A stretch of 64,000 nt of DNA from positions 416,001 to 480,000 of the forward strand of contig OZ219791.1 of assembly GCA_964291215.2 (NCBI GenBank), given 5' to 3'. This document shows positions 56,093 through 64,000 of the stretch, piece by piece. Within the stretch, counting starts at the first letter, position 1, and the number at the start of each line of letters is the position of its first letter. Below the pieces are notes generated by a model that did no database searches, was not told the DNA's origin, and saw only the letters and a program-made list of their open reading frames with translations. A program made the position numbers and the translations under genes. This DNA comes from Alphaproteobacteria bacterium. GTDB taxonomy: Bacteria; Pseudomonadota; Alphaproteobacteria; MPNO01; UBA830.

Positions 56093-56365
56093 GTTACTCC
56101 TCCCTAGGGGTTTGGTAAGTACGCTGCCCGTGCGGGCAACCGCGTCCTGAGACGGTATCCGCCCGGGTATCAGGACAGACGCCCGGACAAACCGAGCGCC
56201 ACGCGGAACCTTTTTATGCGCTACCGCGCCGGCTTGCAATCGAATCGAACGGACTGTGGCAAAAAAGCACAGGCATGTTGCCAAAACACAACGGTTCTGC
56301 CGCGCATCGATCCGTTGTTTGTGGTCCGATTGCCCGGCGCGGCCGATCGGTGCTAACCTTCGCCC

Positions 56366-58531
56366 ATGACTGTCCCAGACGGCATCCATACCACGACCTG
56401 CTGGGAATGCAGCACGCGGTGCGGCGCCAGGGTGACCGTGGCCGGCGGGAGAGTGGCCGCGATCGGCCCCAACCCGGCGCATCCGGGATCGAGGGGTGCC
56501 TACTGCGTCAAGGGCATTCGCGGCCTCGACGAACTTACCCACGGCAGTTCCCGCCTCCTGCGGCCGCGCCGCCGCGCCGGTCCGCGCGGCTCGGGCAAGT
56601 GGCAGGACATCTCCTGGGACAGCGCGCTCGACGAGATGGCGGACCGCCTACTCGACGCGCGCGCCACGCACGGCCCGGAGGCGCTGGCCGGCGCAGTATC
56701 AAGCGCATTCTTCAGCCGCGGCGCCATGGTCGCGCTGCTCATGCGCGCACTCGGCTCCCCGAACTGGATGATGAACCAGGATCTGTGCGGCGGGTGCCGG
56801 GCACTGTCGGACCGAATCACCGGTCTCGGGATCGTCGGCGGCGAGGATGTCGACCACACCCGCTGCGCCCTTGTCGTCGGGCGCAACCCGCAGGCCGCCG
56901 ATCCGGCGCAGTGGATGGCGCTGAAGCGGGCGAAGGAAGCCGGCGCGCGGGTCGTCACCATCGATCCCGCACGCACGCCGGCGGCCGATATTGCCGACCT
57001 CTGGCTGCGCCCGCGCGCCGGAACCGACGCCGCGATCGCACTCGCCATGATCGACGTCATCGTCAGCGAGAATCTCCATGACCAGGCATTCGTCGAGGCC
57101 TGGACACGGGGTTTCGGGGAGCTTCAGAAGCGCGCCGCCGAATTCCCGCCGGCCCGCGCTGCCGCGCTTTCCGGCGTCGCCACCGACGACATCGTCGCGG
57201 CGGCGCGGATGTATGCCGACGGCCCGTCCTGCTTCGTGTCCGGACACGGAATCGACGCCGCCTCCAACGGCGTCCAGACCTTCCGGGCCTTTCACTGCCT
57301 GGTCGCAATCACCGGCAATGTCGACCGCCGCGGCGGCAATATCCGGGTCAAGCGGCCACGTGGGTTCCGCAACTATATCGACATCCTCCACGATCCGGCC
57401 TTCGCGCTGCCGCCCGAGATCGCGAACCGCACGCTCGGCGCCGACCGCTTTCCGCTGTGGGCCGGCCCGCGCGGCTGGCAGACCGCGGCCCACAACCCGA
57501 CCGTGCTCCGGGCCATCCTGACCGGGGAGCCGCATTCGGTCCGCGCCATGCACGTGTCCGGTGTCAACATCGCCGTCACCTACCCCGGCACGCAGAGGGT
57601 CATGGCGGCGCTCCGGTCGCTCGACTTCCTGAGCGTCGCCACCCACACGATGACGCCGACTGCGGAGCTCGCCGATATCATCCTGCCGAAGACGACCGGG
57701 CTCGAGGAGGAGGAGGTCTCGCTCTACCCGTCGGCGCAGATCGTCTCCTACACCAGACCAGTCAAGGAACCGGAAGGGGAAGCACGCTCGGATTTCGATT
57801 TCACAACCGATCTGACTCGGCGCCTGGAGCAGCGCGGCCTCGATGTTCGGCGTTTCTTTCCGTGGGAGACCAAGCGCAAGTTCAACCGCTATCTGCTCGG
57901 CGACGAGATCGACTGGGACGTCCTGGTCGCGCAGGGCTGGGCGGATTTCGAGTACGAACTCGGCGATTTCGGGAAGGCCGGTTTCCGGACCCCCTCAGGC
58001 AGGATCGAACTGTGGTCCGAGACCCTCGCCGACCTCGGCATCGATCCGCTGCCCGGCTACGTCCCGCCGCGCAGCGAACGCGTCGGCGACGGGATCCACG
58101 GGGACTACCCCCTAGTGCTCCTGACCGGCGCGCGCGAGAAGACCTATCACCACTCGCGCTACCGCGACCAAGCCTGGACGCGCAAGGTTTCCCCGTTCCC
58201 GCTCCTGCAGGTCCATCCGGACACTGCGGAACGGCTCGGACTCGCCGACGGCGACTGGGTGGCCGTCGAGACCCCCGGCGCCGACGGGCGCTGCAAGCTC
58301 AGGGTCGCGGTCACCGCCAACACCCAGCCCGGCGTCGTCCGCACCGGCATGGGGTGGTGGCTGCCCGAGGCGGCCGGCCCCGAACGCGGCGCACTCGAGG
58401 TGAACGTCAACGCGGCGCTGTCCTATGACGGCCCGTGGGACCCGGTGACCGGATCAGCCGACACCAGGGGTCTGCCATGCCGGATCGCGCCGATCGAGGA
58501 GGCCGAGATCCCGATGAGGAACACCGCGTGA
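56366..58531 (+). CDS. Bis-MGD molybdopterin oxidoreductase (DMSO reductase superfamily, acetylene-hydratase-like)
   Basis: N-terminal CWECSTRC..C 4Fe-4S motif, ISWDSALD, TIDP, RAGTDAA, TAELADIILP, TPSGRIEL, C-terminal binding domain. Confidence 0.85.
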   Translation: MTVPDGIHTTTCWECSTRCGARVTVAGGRVAAIGPNPAHPGSRGAYCVKGIRGLDELTHGSSRLLRPRRRAGPRGSGKWQDISWDSALDEMADRLLDARATHGPEALAGAVSSAFFSRGAMVALLMRALGSPNWMMNQDLCGGCRALSDRITGLGIVGGEDVDHTRCALVVGRNPQAADPAQWMALKRAKEAGARVVTIDPARTPAADIADLWLRPRAGTDAAIALAMIDVIVSENLHDQAFVEAWTRGFGELQKRAAEFPPARAAALSGVATDDIVAAARMYADGPSCFVSGHGIDAASNGVQTFRAFHCLVAITGNVDRRGGNIRVKRPRGFRNYIDILHDPAFALPPEIANRTLGADRFPLWAGPRGWQTAAHNPTVLRAILTGEPHSVRAMHVSGVNIAVTYPGTQRVMAALRSLDFLSVATHTMTPTAELADIILPKTTGLEEEEVSLYPSAQIVSYTRPVKEPEGEARSDFDFTTDLTRRLEQRGLDVRRFFPWETKRKFNRYLLGDEIDWDVLVAQGWADFEYELGDFGKAGFRTPSGRIELWSETLADLGIDPLPGYVPPRSERVGDGIHGDYPLVLLTGAREKTYHHSRYRDQAWTRKVSPFPLLQVHPDTAERLGLADGDWVAVETPGADGRCKLRVAVTANTQPGVVRTGMGWWLPEAAGPERGALEVNVNAALSYDGPWDPVTGSADTRGLPCRIAPIEEAEIPMRNTA

Positions 58532-58995
58532 GCGCCGCCAGACGCCTGCAGGAGCTCGGGCTGGAGCTGCCACCGCCCTTCGCCTACCCGAGCGCCAACC
58601 GCACCGGCTGCGTCCGGAGCGGCGACCTGCTCTTCGCGTCCGGCCATCCGCCGCCGGAGAATTTCGGGGTGAAGACCGTCGGCAAGGTCGGCGCGGAAGT
58701 CAGCGAGACCGAGGCCTACGCGGCCGCGCGCGCCACAGCCCTCAACATCCTTGCCTCGGTGGCGCAGAGCCTCGGCTCGCTTGACCGTGTGGCCCGCGTC
58801 GTCAAGGTCTTCGGCATGGTCAACTCGGCTCCCGGCTTCGACCGCCAGTTCGCGGTCATCGACGGCGCCTCCGACCTGTTCTGCGAACTCTTCGGCAACG
58901 ACGCCGGACAGCACGCCCGGAGCGCGGTGGGCATGTACGAGCTGCCGCGCGGATTCTGCATTGAAATCGAGGCGGTATTCGAGGTCCGCGACTAA
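58528..58995 (+). CDS. RidA/YjgF-family protein
   Basis: GDLLFASGH, VVKVFGMVNS..VIDGASDL..HARSAVG..LP..EIE; GTGA overlap. Confidence 0.9.
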   Translation: MSAARRLQELGLELPPPFAYPSANRTGCVRSGDLLFASGHPPPENFGVKTVGKVGAEVSETEAYAAARATALNILASVAQSLGSLDRVARVVKVFGMVNSAPGFDRQFAVIDGASDLFCELFGNDAGQHARSAVGMYELPRGFCIEIEAVFEVRD

Positions 58996-59064
58996 GTCCC
59001 GCGGCCCGGGAACCGTCAGCAACGCTCCGCAACGGTCCGCCCGCCCGCCGCCGAGAATTTTTTC

Positions 59065-59092
59065 TTGACACCCCCTCCGCGGGGTAGACAAT
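59065..59092 (+). promoter_or_regulatory. Putative sigma70 promoter
   Basis: TTGACA-N16-GACAAT upstream of the 2Fe-2S gene. Confidence 0.45.
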
Positions 59093-59173
59093 GGCCGTTG
59101 GCGGCACGTCTGGACTCATCGAGCTGACGGGTCCCGCGCCGTCCGCAAAACCGGGTTTCAAGGGAGGAAGCTC

Positions 59174-59902
59174 ATGACGGAAACATGGAAGGAATACGAG
59201 CGGGAGTTCGACGAGTACGAACTGCCGCCTGATCCGGCAGACGATTTCGACTGGACGCCGGCCACCGCCGAGGTCGCGGGCAACCTGCCCGACATGCCCT
59301 TGGCGAGCTGGCGGGAGCCGGGTACGAGCCGCCGCGAATTCCTGCGCGGCGTGGTCTGTTCCGGTGTCGCCGTCTCGGCAGCCGCTTACATGTTCGCGGG
59401 GAACTCCGGCCAGGCACGCGCCGCGGTGCGCGGCGTCGAGCGCCTGATCTCGCTCAACGTCAACGGCAAGACCCGCCGCGTCGACGTGCCTCCGAGCGAG
59501 ACCCTGGCCCAGACCATCCGCTACCGCCTCGGGCTTACCGGAACCAAGATCGGCTGCAACCGCGCCGAGTGCGGCGCCTGCACGGTGATGGCAGACGACA
59601 TCACGATCTATTCCTGCTCGACGCTGACCCACCAGGCGCGTGGCCGCAAGATCACCACCGTCGAAGGCGTTGCCGACCCGTCGGGGAAGCTCCATCCGGT
59701 GCAGCAGGCGTTCATCGACGAACTCGGCCCGCAATGCGGCTTCTGTACCCCGGGCCAGGTCGTCTCGGCCGTCGCGCTCCTCAAGAAGAACCCCGAACCC
59801 ACCGTGGACGAGGCGCGGCGCGCCATGTCCGGTAACCTTTGTCGATGCGGTGCATACGCCCATTACCTCAACGGGGTGATGCGCGCCGCCGGGAGGGCCT
59901 GA
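59174..59902 (+). CDS. 2x[2Fe-2S] small subunit (CoxS/PaoA-like) with twin-arginine motif
   Basis: SRREFLRG; GCNRAECGACTV; QCGFCTPG; GNLCRC. Confidence 0.9.
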   Translation: MTETWKEYEREFDEYELPPDPADDFDWTPATAEVAGNLPDMPLASWREPGTSRREFLRGVVCSGVAVSAAAYMFAGNSGQARAAVRGVERLISLNVNGKTRRVDVPPSETLAQTIRYRLGLTGTKIGCNRAECGACTVMADDITIYSCSTLTHQARGRKITTVEGVADPSGKLHPVQQAFIDELGPQCGFCTPGQVVSAVALLKKNPEPTVDEARRAMSGNLCRCGAYAHYLNGVMRAAGRA

Positions 59903-59906
59903 AGCC

Positions 59907-62321
59907 ATGGCCTACAACCTGATCGGAAAGAACTTCACCGCGCCCGACCTTCACGCGAAGGTCACCGGCGCCGCCAAATACGCAGAGGATTTCCGCGCCG
60001 ACGGCATGGTCTTCCTCAAGACCTACCCGTCGCCGATGCCGCACGCCAAGGTCAAGTCGATCGATGTCGACAAGGCCAAGAAGATGCCCGGCGTCGTCGG
60101 CGTGATGCTGCCCGAAGACATCAAGCAGCCGGGCGGCGCCGGTCACGCCATTCTCACTGCCTATCCGGTGTTTGTCGGCCAGCCTATCCTGGCCATCGCC
60201 GCGAAGACCGAACAACAGGCCGAGGACGCCATCCAGACGGTCAGGGTCGAGCTTGACCCGCTTCCGTTCTGCGTCGATCCGCTCGAGAGCCTGAAACCCG
60301 ACGGCCCCAACGCCAATGTCGGCGGCAACGTCGCCAACCCGCGCGGGATCAAGCTCCAGGAGATCAAGTGGACGGGCAAGGACTTCGCGCTTGCCGGCGA
60401 CGACCGGCTGCCCATGGGCAAGCCGGCGGACGAGTGGACCTTTGGCGATCTTCAGGCCGGGTTCGCCAAGGCCAAGGCCGTCGTCGAGGAGACCTTCGTC
60501 AGTTCGGCCAATGCCCATCACGCGATGGAACCGCGTTCGGCGGCCGCCTATTGGGAGAACGGCAAGGTCCATGTCTGGGGCTCGACCCAGTCCTCGTCCT
60601 TCGCCATCCCGAGCCTCGCCAAGTATATCGGCGTCAAGCCGTCCCAGCTCAACCTCGTCAGCGAGTTCTGCGGCGGCGGTTTCGGCGGCAAGGCCTATTC
60701 CTATCCGCTGATGGCGCTGCCGGCGTTGATGTCGAAGAAGCTCAACGGACGGCCCGTCCTGATGCGCGCCAGCCGCGCCGACGAGTATTACAACGGTTCC
60801 GGACGCGCTGCCTTCCAGGGCTGGGTCAAGATCGGCTTCGCTGAAAACGGACGGGTGGTGGCGCTCGACAGTTACGTCATCCAGGATAACGGTTCGACCG
60901 TGGGCTTCTGGGATTTCAAGAATTTCGGGGCCGCAGCCTCCGTCATCCTGCAACCGGAGGCGATGCGCTTCCGGGGTATTCCGGTGCTCACCAACACCCC
61001 GCCCAAGGGGCCCCAGCGCGGTCCCGGAGAGAACCAGACCGCAAACATCCTAGAACCGCTGCTCGACAAGGGCGCCCGCATGCTCGGCATCGACCGGCTG
61101 GCGCTGCGCCTGGTCAACGCGCCGGGAGGCGGCCAGGGCGGCAAGATCGGGGGCAAGCAGGCGCCGCTCACCAGCGCCTATCTGCGCGAGGGCCTCGAAC
61201 AGGCGGCGAAGAAGTTCAACTACGCCGGCCGGATGAAGAAGGCGGGCAAGCAGCCGGATGGCAAGATCCGCGCCATCGGCATCGGACAGGCCTACCACGC
61301 TGCCGGCGCGGCCGGGTTCGACGGCATGGTGCGCATCACGCCCGACGGCAAGCTGCACATCCATACCGGCGTCGGCAATCTCGGCACATTTTCCTACGCT
61401 TCGACATCGCGTGTTGCCGCCGAGGTCCTCGGGTATGACTGGGCGAACACCGTCATCGAACGCGGCGGGTCGCTCAAGGCGATGCCTTTCAATCTCGGCC
61501 AGTTCGGGTCGAACACGACCTTCACCATGACCCGGACCAACTATGCCGCGGCTATCGACGCCAGGGACAAGCTCCTTGAGATCGGCGCCATGGTCATGGG
61601 CGGCGCCGCGGGCGACTACAAGCTCGACGGCGAACGCGTGGTCGCGAAAGGGGGTAGCAAGTCGATCACCTTCGCCGAGGCCGCCAAGAAGGCGATCGAG
61701 GTCGGCGGGAAATACTCCGCCAAGGAGGTTGACGAGAAACTCAACCCCCTGACCAAGATGGCCGCAAACATGGTCGCGGGGACCGGGCTGATCGGCGTCG
61801 CCAAGGACAAGCTCCCCAAGAAGGGGGTGGTGCCGGGACTGGCAGCGGCGTTCATCGAGATCGAGCTCGATCCGGAAACCGGCCGGGTCGATATCCTCGA
61901 CTATCTCGGTGTCGCCGATGTCGGCCAGGTGCTGCACCCGCAGGGTCTGGACGCCCAGATCCTCGGCGGCGCGATAATGGGTTTCGGGCTCGCAGCCACC
62001 GAACGGCATGTCTACGACCCGGCCTACGGGCGTCCCAACGCCATCGGGCTGCATCATGCGAAGCCCCCGACCTATCTCGACGTGCCGACCCAGATGTCGG
62101 CGCTCGCGGTCGAGGGCGCCACCGACCCACAGAACCCGGTCGGCGCCAAGGGTGTCGGTGAACCGGTTCAGGGCGCCGGCTCCTCCGCCTACCTGAGTGC
62201 GGTGTCCGAGGCCCTCGGCGGCCACCTGTTCAACCGAGTGCCGGTCGTCGCAGACATGATCGTCAACACGCTCGCCAAGCAGCCGCAATCCTACAAGCCG
62301 CTGCAGGTCAACAGCCAGTAG
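59907..62321 (+). CDS. Xanthine-dehydrogenase-family molybdopterin-binding large subunit
   Basis: KVTGAAKYA, SPMPHA, MEPR, GGGFGGK, QRGPG, GAKGVGE. Confidence 0.92.
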   Translation: MAYNLIGKNFTAPDLHAKVTGAAKYAEDFRADGMVFLKTYPSPMPHAKVKSIDVDKAKKMPGVVGVMLPEDIKQPGGAGHAILTAYPVFVGQPILAIAAKTEQQAEDAIQTVRVELDPLPFCVDPLESLKPDGPNANVGGNVANPRGIKLQEIKWTGKDFALAGDDRLPMGKPADEWTFGDLQAGFAKAKAVVEETFVSSANAHHAMEPRSAAAYWENGKVHVWGSTQSSSFAIPSLAKYIGVKPSQLNLVSEFCGGGFGGKAYSYPLMALPALMSKKLNGRPVLMRASRADEYYNGSGRAAFQGWVKIGFAENGRVVALDSYVIQDNGSTVGFWDFKNFGAAASVILQPEAMRFRGIPVLTNTPPKGPQRGPGENQTANILEPLLDKGARMLGIDRLALRLVNAPGGGQGGKIGGKQAPLTSAYLREGLEQAAKKFNYAGRMKKAGKQPDGKIRAIGIGQAYHAAGAAGFDGMVRITPDGKLHIHTGVGNLGTFSYASTSRVAAEVLGYDWANTVIERGGSLKAMPFNLGQFGSNTTFTMTRTNYAAAIDARDKLLEIGAMVMGGAAGDYKLDGERVVAKGGSKSITFAEAAKKAIEVGGKYSAKEVDEKLNPLTKMAANMVAGTGLIGVAKDKLPKKGVVPGLAAAFIEIELDPETGRVDILDYLGVADVGQVLHPQGLDAQILGGAIMGFGLAATERHVYDPAYGRPNAIGLHHAKPPTYLDVPTQMSALAVEGATDPQNPVGAKGVGEPVQGAGSSAYLSAVSEALGGHLFNRVPVVADMIVNTLAKQPQSYKPLQVNSQ

Positions 62322-62343
62322 CCGGCGGAGAGGAGACAAACCG

Positions 62344-63333
62344 ATGACCGACTATATGCACGCATTCGACCTGTATGCGCCCGGCAGTCTCGGCGAGACG
62401 GCCGAACTTCTCGACAAGCACGGCAAGGATGCCTGGCTCGTCGCCGGCGGCAAGGACAGCTTCGACTGGTTCAAGGATCGCCACAAGACACCCAAGGTGG
62501 TCGTTGACATCTCGGGGCTGGCCGCGCTGAAGGGCGTTGCCGACAAGGGAGACCATATCGCGATCGGCGCGGCTACCACGCTGACCGAGATCGAGGAAAA
62601 CGCGGTGCTGCGCGACGGCTACCCGCTTCTCACGATGGCGGCCAGCAAGGTCGCCAGTCCGCAGATCCGGAACTCGGGCACGATCGGCGGCAATGTCGCG
62701 CAGGACACCCGTTGCACCTACTACCGCGACGGCTTTCCATGCTACCGGGCCGGCGGCAACACCTGTTACGCCAATACGCCAACGGCCATGAACCGCGAGC
62801 ACGCCCTGTTCGACGTCTCGCGGTGCGTCGCGGTGACGCCTTCCGACACCGCTCCGGCCCTGGTCGCGCTTGATGCTCAGATGGTGATTTCCCGCGCCGG
62901 CAAGGAGCGCGTGGTTCCGGCCGAGAAATTCTTCATCGGGCCCGATATCGACATCACCCGCATGACGGTGCTCGAACCGGAGGATGTGCTCACCCAAATC
63001 CGCCTGCCGAAGAAATGGGCTGGCACCCGGCACTATTTCGAGAAAGTGGCGGATCGCCAGACCTGGGATTTCGCGCTGGTCAGCATTGCCATGGCCGCCC
63101 GCGTTGACGGCGGCAAGGTGTCCGAAGTCCGGGTTGCCTGCGGCGGGGTGCAGTGTACGCCGCGGCGGCTGACCGATGTCGAGGACCTGATGAAGGGGGA
63201 GGCGCCGGGCGCCGAGCTTGAAACGCTTGCCAAGCGGGTTGCTGCCCGTGGCGCCAAGCCGCTCAACTACAACCACTTCAAGATCCCGCTGATGGCGAAT
63301 CTGGCGGCGCGCGCCGTCCGCTCGCTCGCCTGA
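62344..63333 (+). CDS. FAD-binding medium subunit (PaoB/HcrB-like, with Cys-rich insert)
   Basis: VAGGKD, ASPQIRNSGTIGGN, RCTYYR..CYRAGGNTC, PSDTAPAL. Confidence 0.9.
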   Translation: MTDYMHAFDLYAPGSLGETAELLDKHGKDAWLVAGGKDSFDWFKDRHKTPKVVVDISGLAALKGVADKGDHIAIGAATTLTEIEENAVLRDGYPLLTMAASKVASPQIRNSGTIGGNVAQDTRCTYYRDGFPCYRAGGNTCYANTPTAMNREHALFDVSRCVAVTPSDTAPALVALDAQMVISRAGKERVVPAEKFFIGPDIDITRMTVLEPEDVLTQIRLPKKWAGTRHYFEKVADRQTWDFALVSIAMAARVDGGKVSEVRVACGGVQCTPRRLTDVEDLMKGEAPGAELETLAKRVAARGAKPLNYNHFKIPLMANLAARAVRSLA

Positions 63334-63338
63334 ACGCG

Positions 63339-64000
63339 ATGGAACTGTTCCGTGTCTCCAGGAATGTCTGGGGACAGGAGATGCTGCTGGGAATGTCGTG
63401 GGACCTGCTCTGGTTGCCGGTCGCCGCGGCATTCTCCTGCATCATAGCGCACCAGATCTTCCGGCTTGCCACAAGACAATCCTGAAATCCCGAGCATCAG
63501 CGCGGTGCCGGGGGAAATCCGACACGCGTGGCCCGACCGGCTGTTCCACTGGACGATGGCCGTGCTCACGCTGGTGCTCCTCGCCACCGCGTTCCTGCCC
63601 GTGGTCGGCGTACAGTTCGACTGGGTCCCGATCCACTGGATATCCGGGATCCTGCTCACCGCCACGGTGATCTTCCACCTCTACCGCGTCCTTGCCGTCC
63701 ACGGCATCACGTCGATGATGCCGGTGCGTGGAGACCTGCGCGCCGCCATGGGCGGCAAACCCGTTGCAGATGATGCAAAATACGATCTCGGCCAGAAGCT
63801 CTATCACTGGTCGGTCTCCGCCGTGATGCTGGTGCTGGTCGTCACCGGCCTCATCATGCTCGCCAAGATCGACACGCCGCTCTGGCGCCGGGATCCGTCG
63901 ATCCTGTCCGACTGGGACTGGGGGGTCGTCTACGCATTGCACGGCGCGGCGGCGCTGCTCCTGATATTCCTTTTCATCCTCCACATCTATTTTGCCTTTC
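63339..64000 (+). CDS. Cytochrome b (FdnI/HyaC-like) membrane anchor; frameshift near 63470-63485; runs off the window
   Basis: MELFRVSRNVWGQE..., then in another frame RHAWPDRLFHW, IHWISG, KYDLGQKLYHW, ALHG..LHIYF. Confidence 0.75.

Noticed and set aside
48832-56105. Shufflon or integron driven by the intact integrase
   Set aside because: No array of short recombination sites or attC-like cassettes was seen; the inverted repeats are whole-gene or IS-derived.

Overview
GC-rich bacterial chromosome segment, probably from an alphaproteobacterium (inferred from glnB-glnA with a sigma54/NtrC-type promoter, alphaproteobacterial-type porins and tripartite tricarboxylate transport). 1-21.6 kb is a decayed defence/mobile island around tRNA-Gln(CTG): a broken type I R-M locus with HEPN/MNT and GHKL-ATPase genes, an intact Sir2-HerA pair, tandem tyrosine recombinases, an IS66 carrying a group II intron, and many IS remnants. 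22-42 kb is mostly intact: glnB-glnA, a repeat coiled-coil membrane protein, a GT10 plus GDP-fucose operon, a TTT transporter, two sulfatases and CmtC/CmtD-like ring-cleavage genes. 42.5-56 kb is a second IS graveyard. It holds a Cache-repeat surface-protein gene split by two IS and truncated by a third element, an intact integrase, and a near-identical inverted porin duplication whose limits run from the RBS to the terminator U-tract. 56-64 kb encodes molybdoenzymes. The most unusual signals are the transcript-shaped porin duplicate, dense microhomology-flanked micro-deletions concentrated in mobile DNA, the reconstructable Cache-repeat exported protein, and an unclassified IS family whose ends and target duplication can be read directly. 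All family assignments come from motif recognition by eye; no database search was run. I found no CRISPR array and no rRNA.
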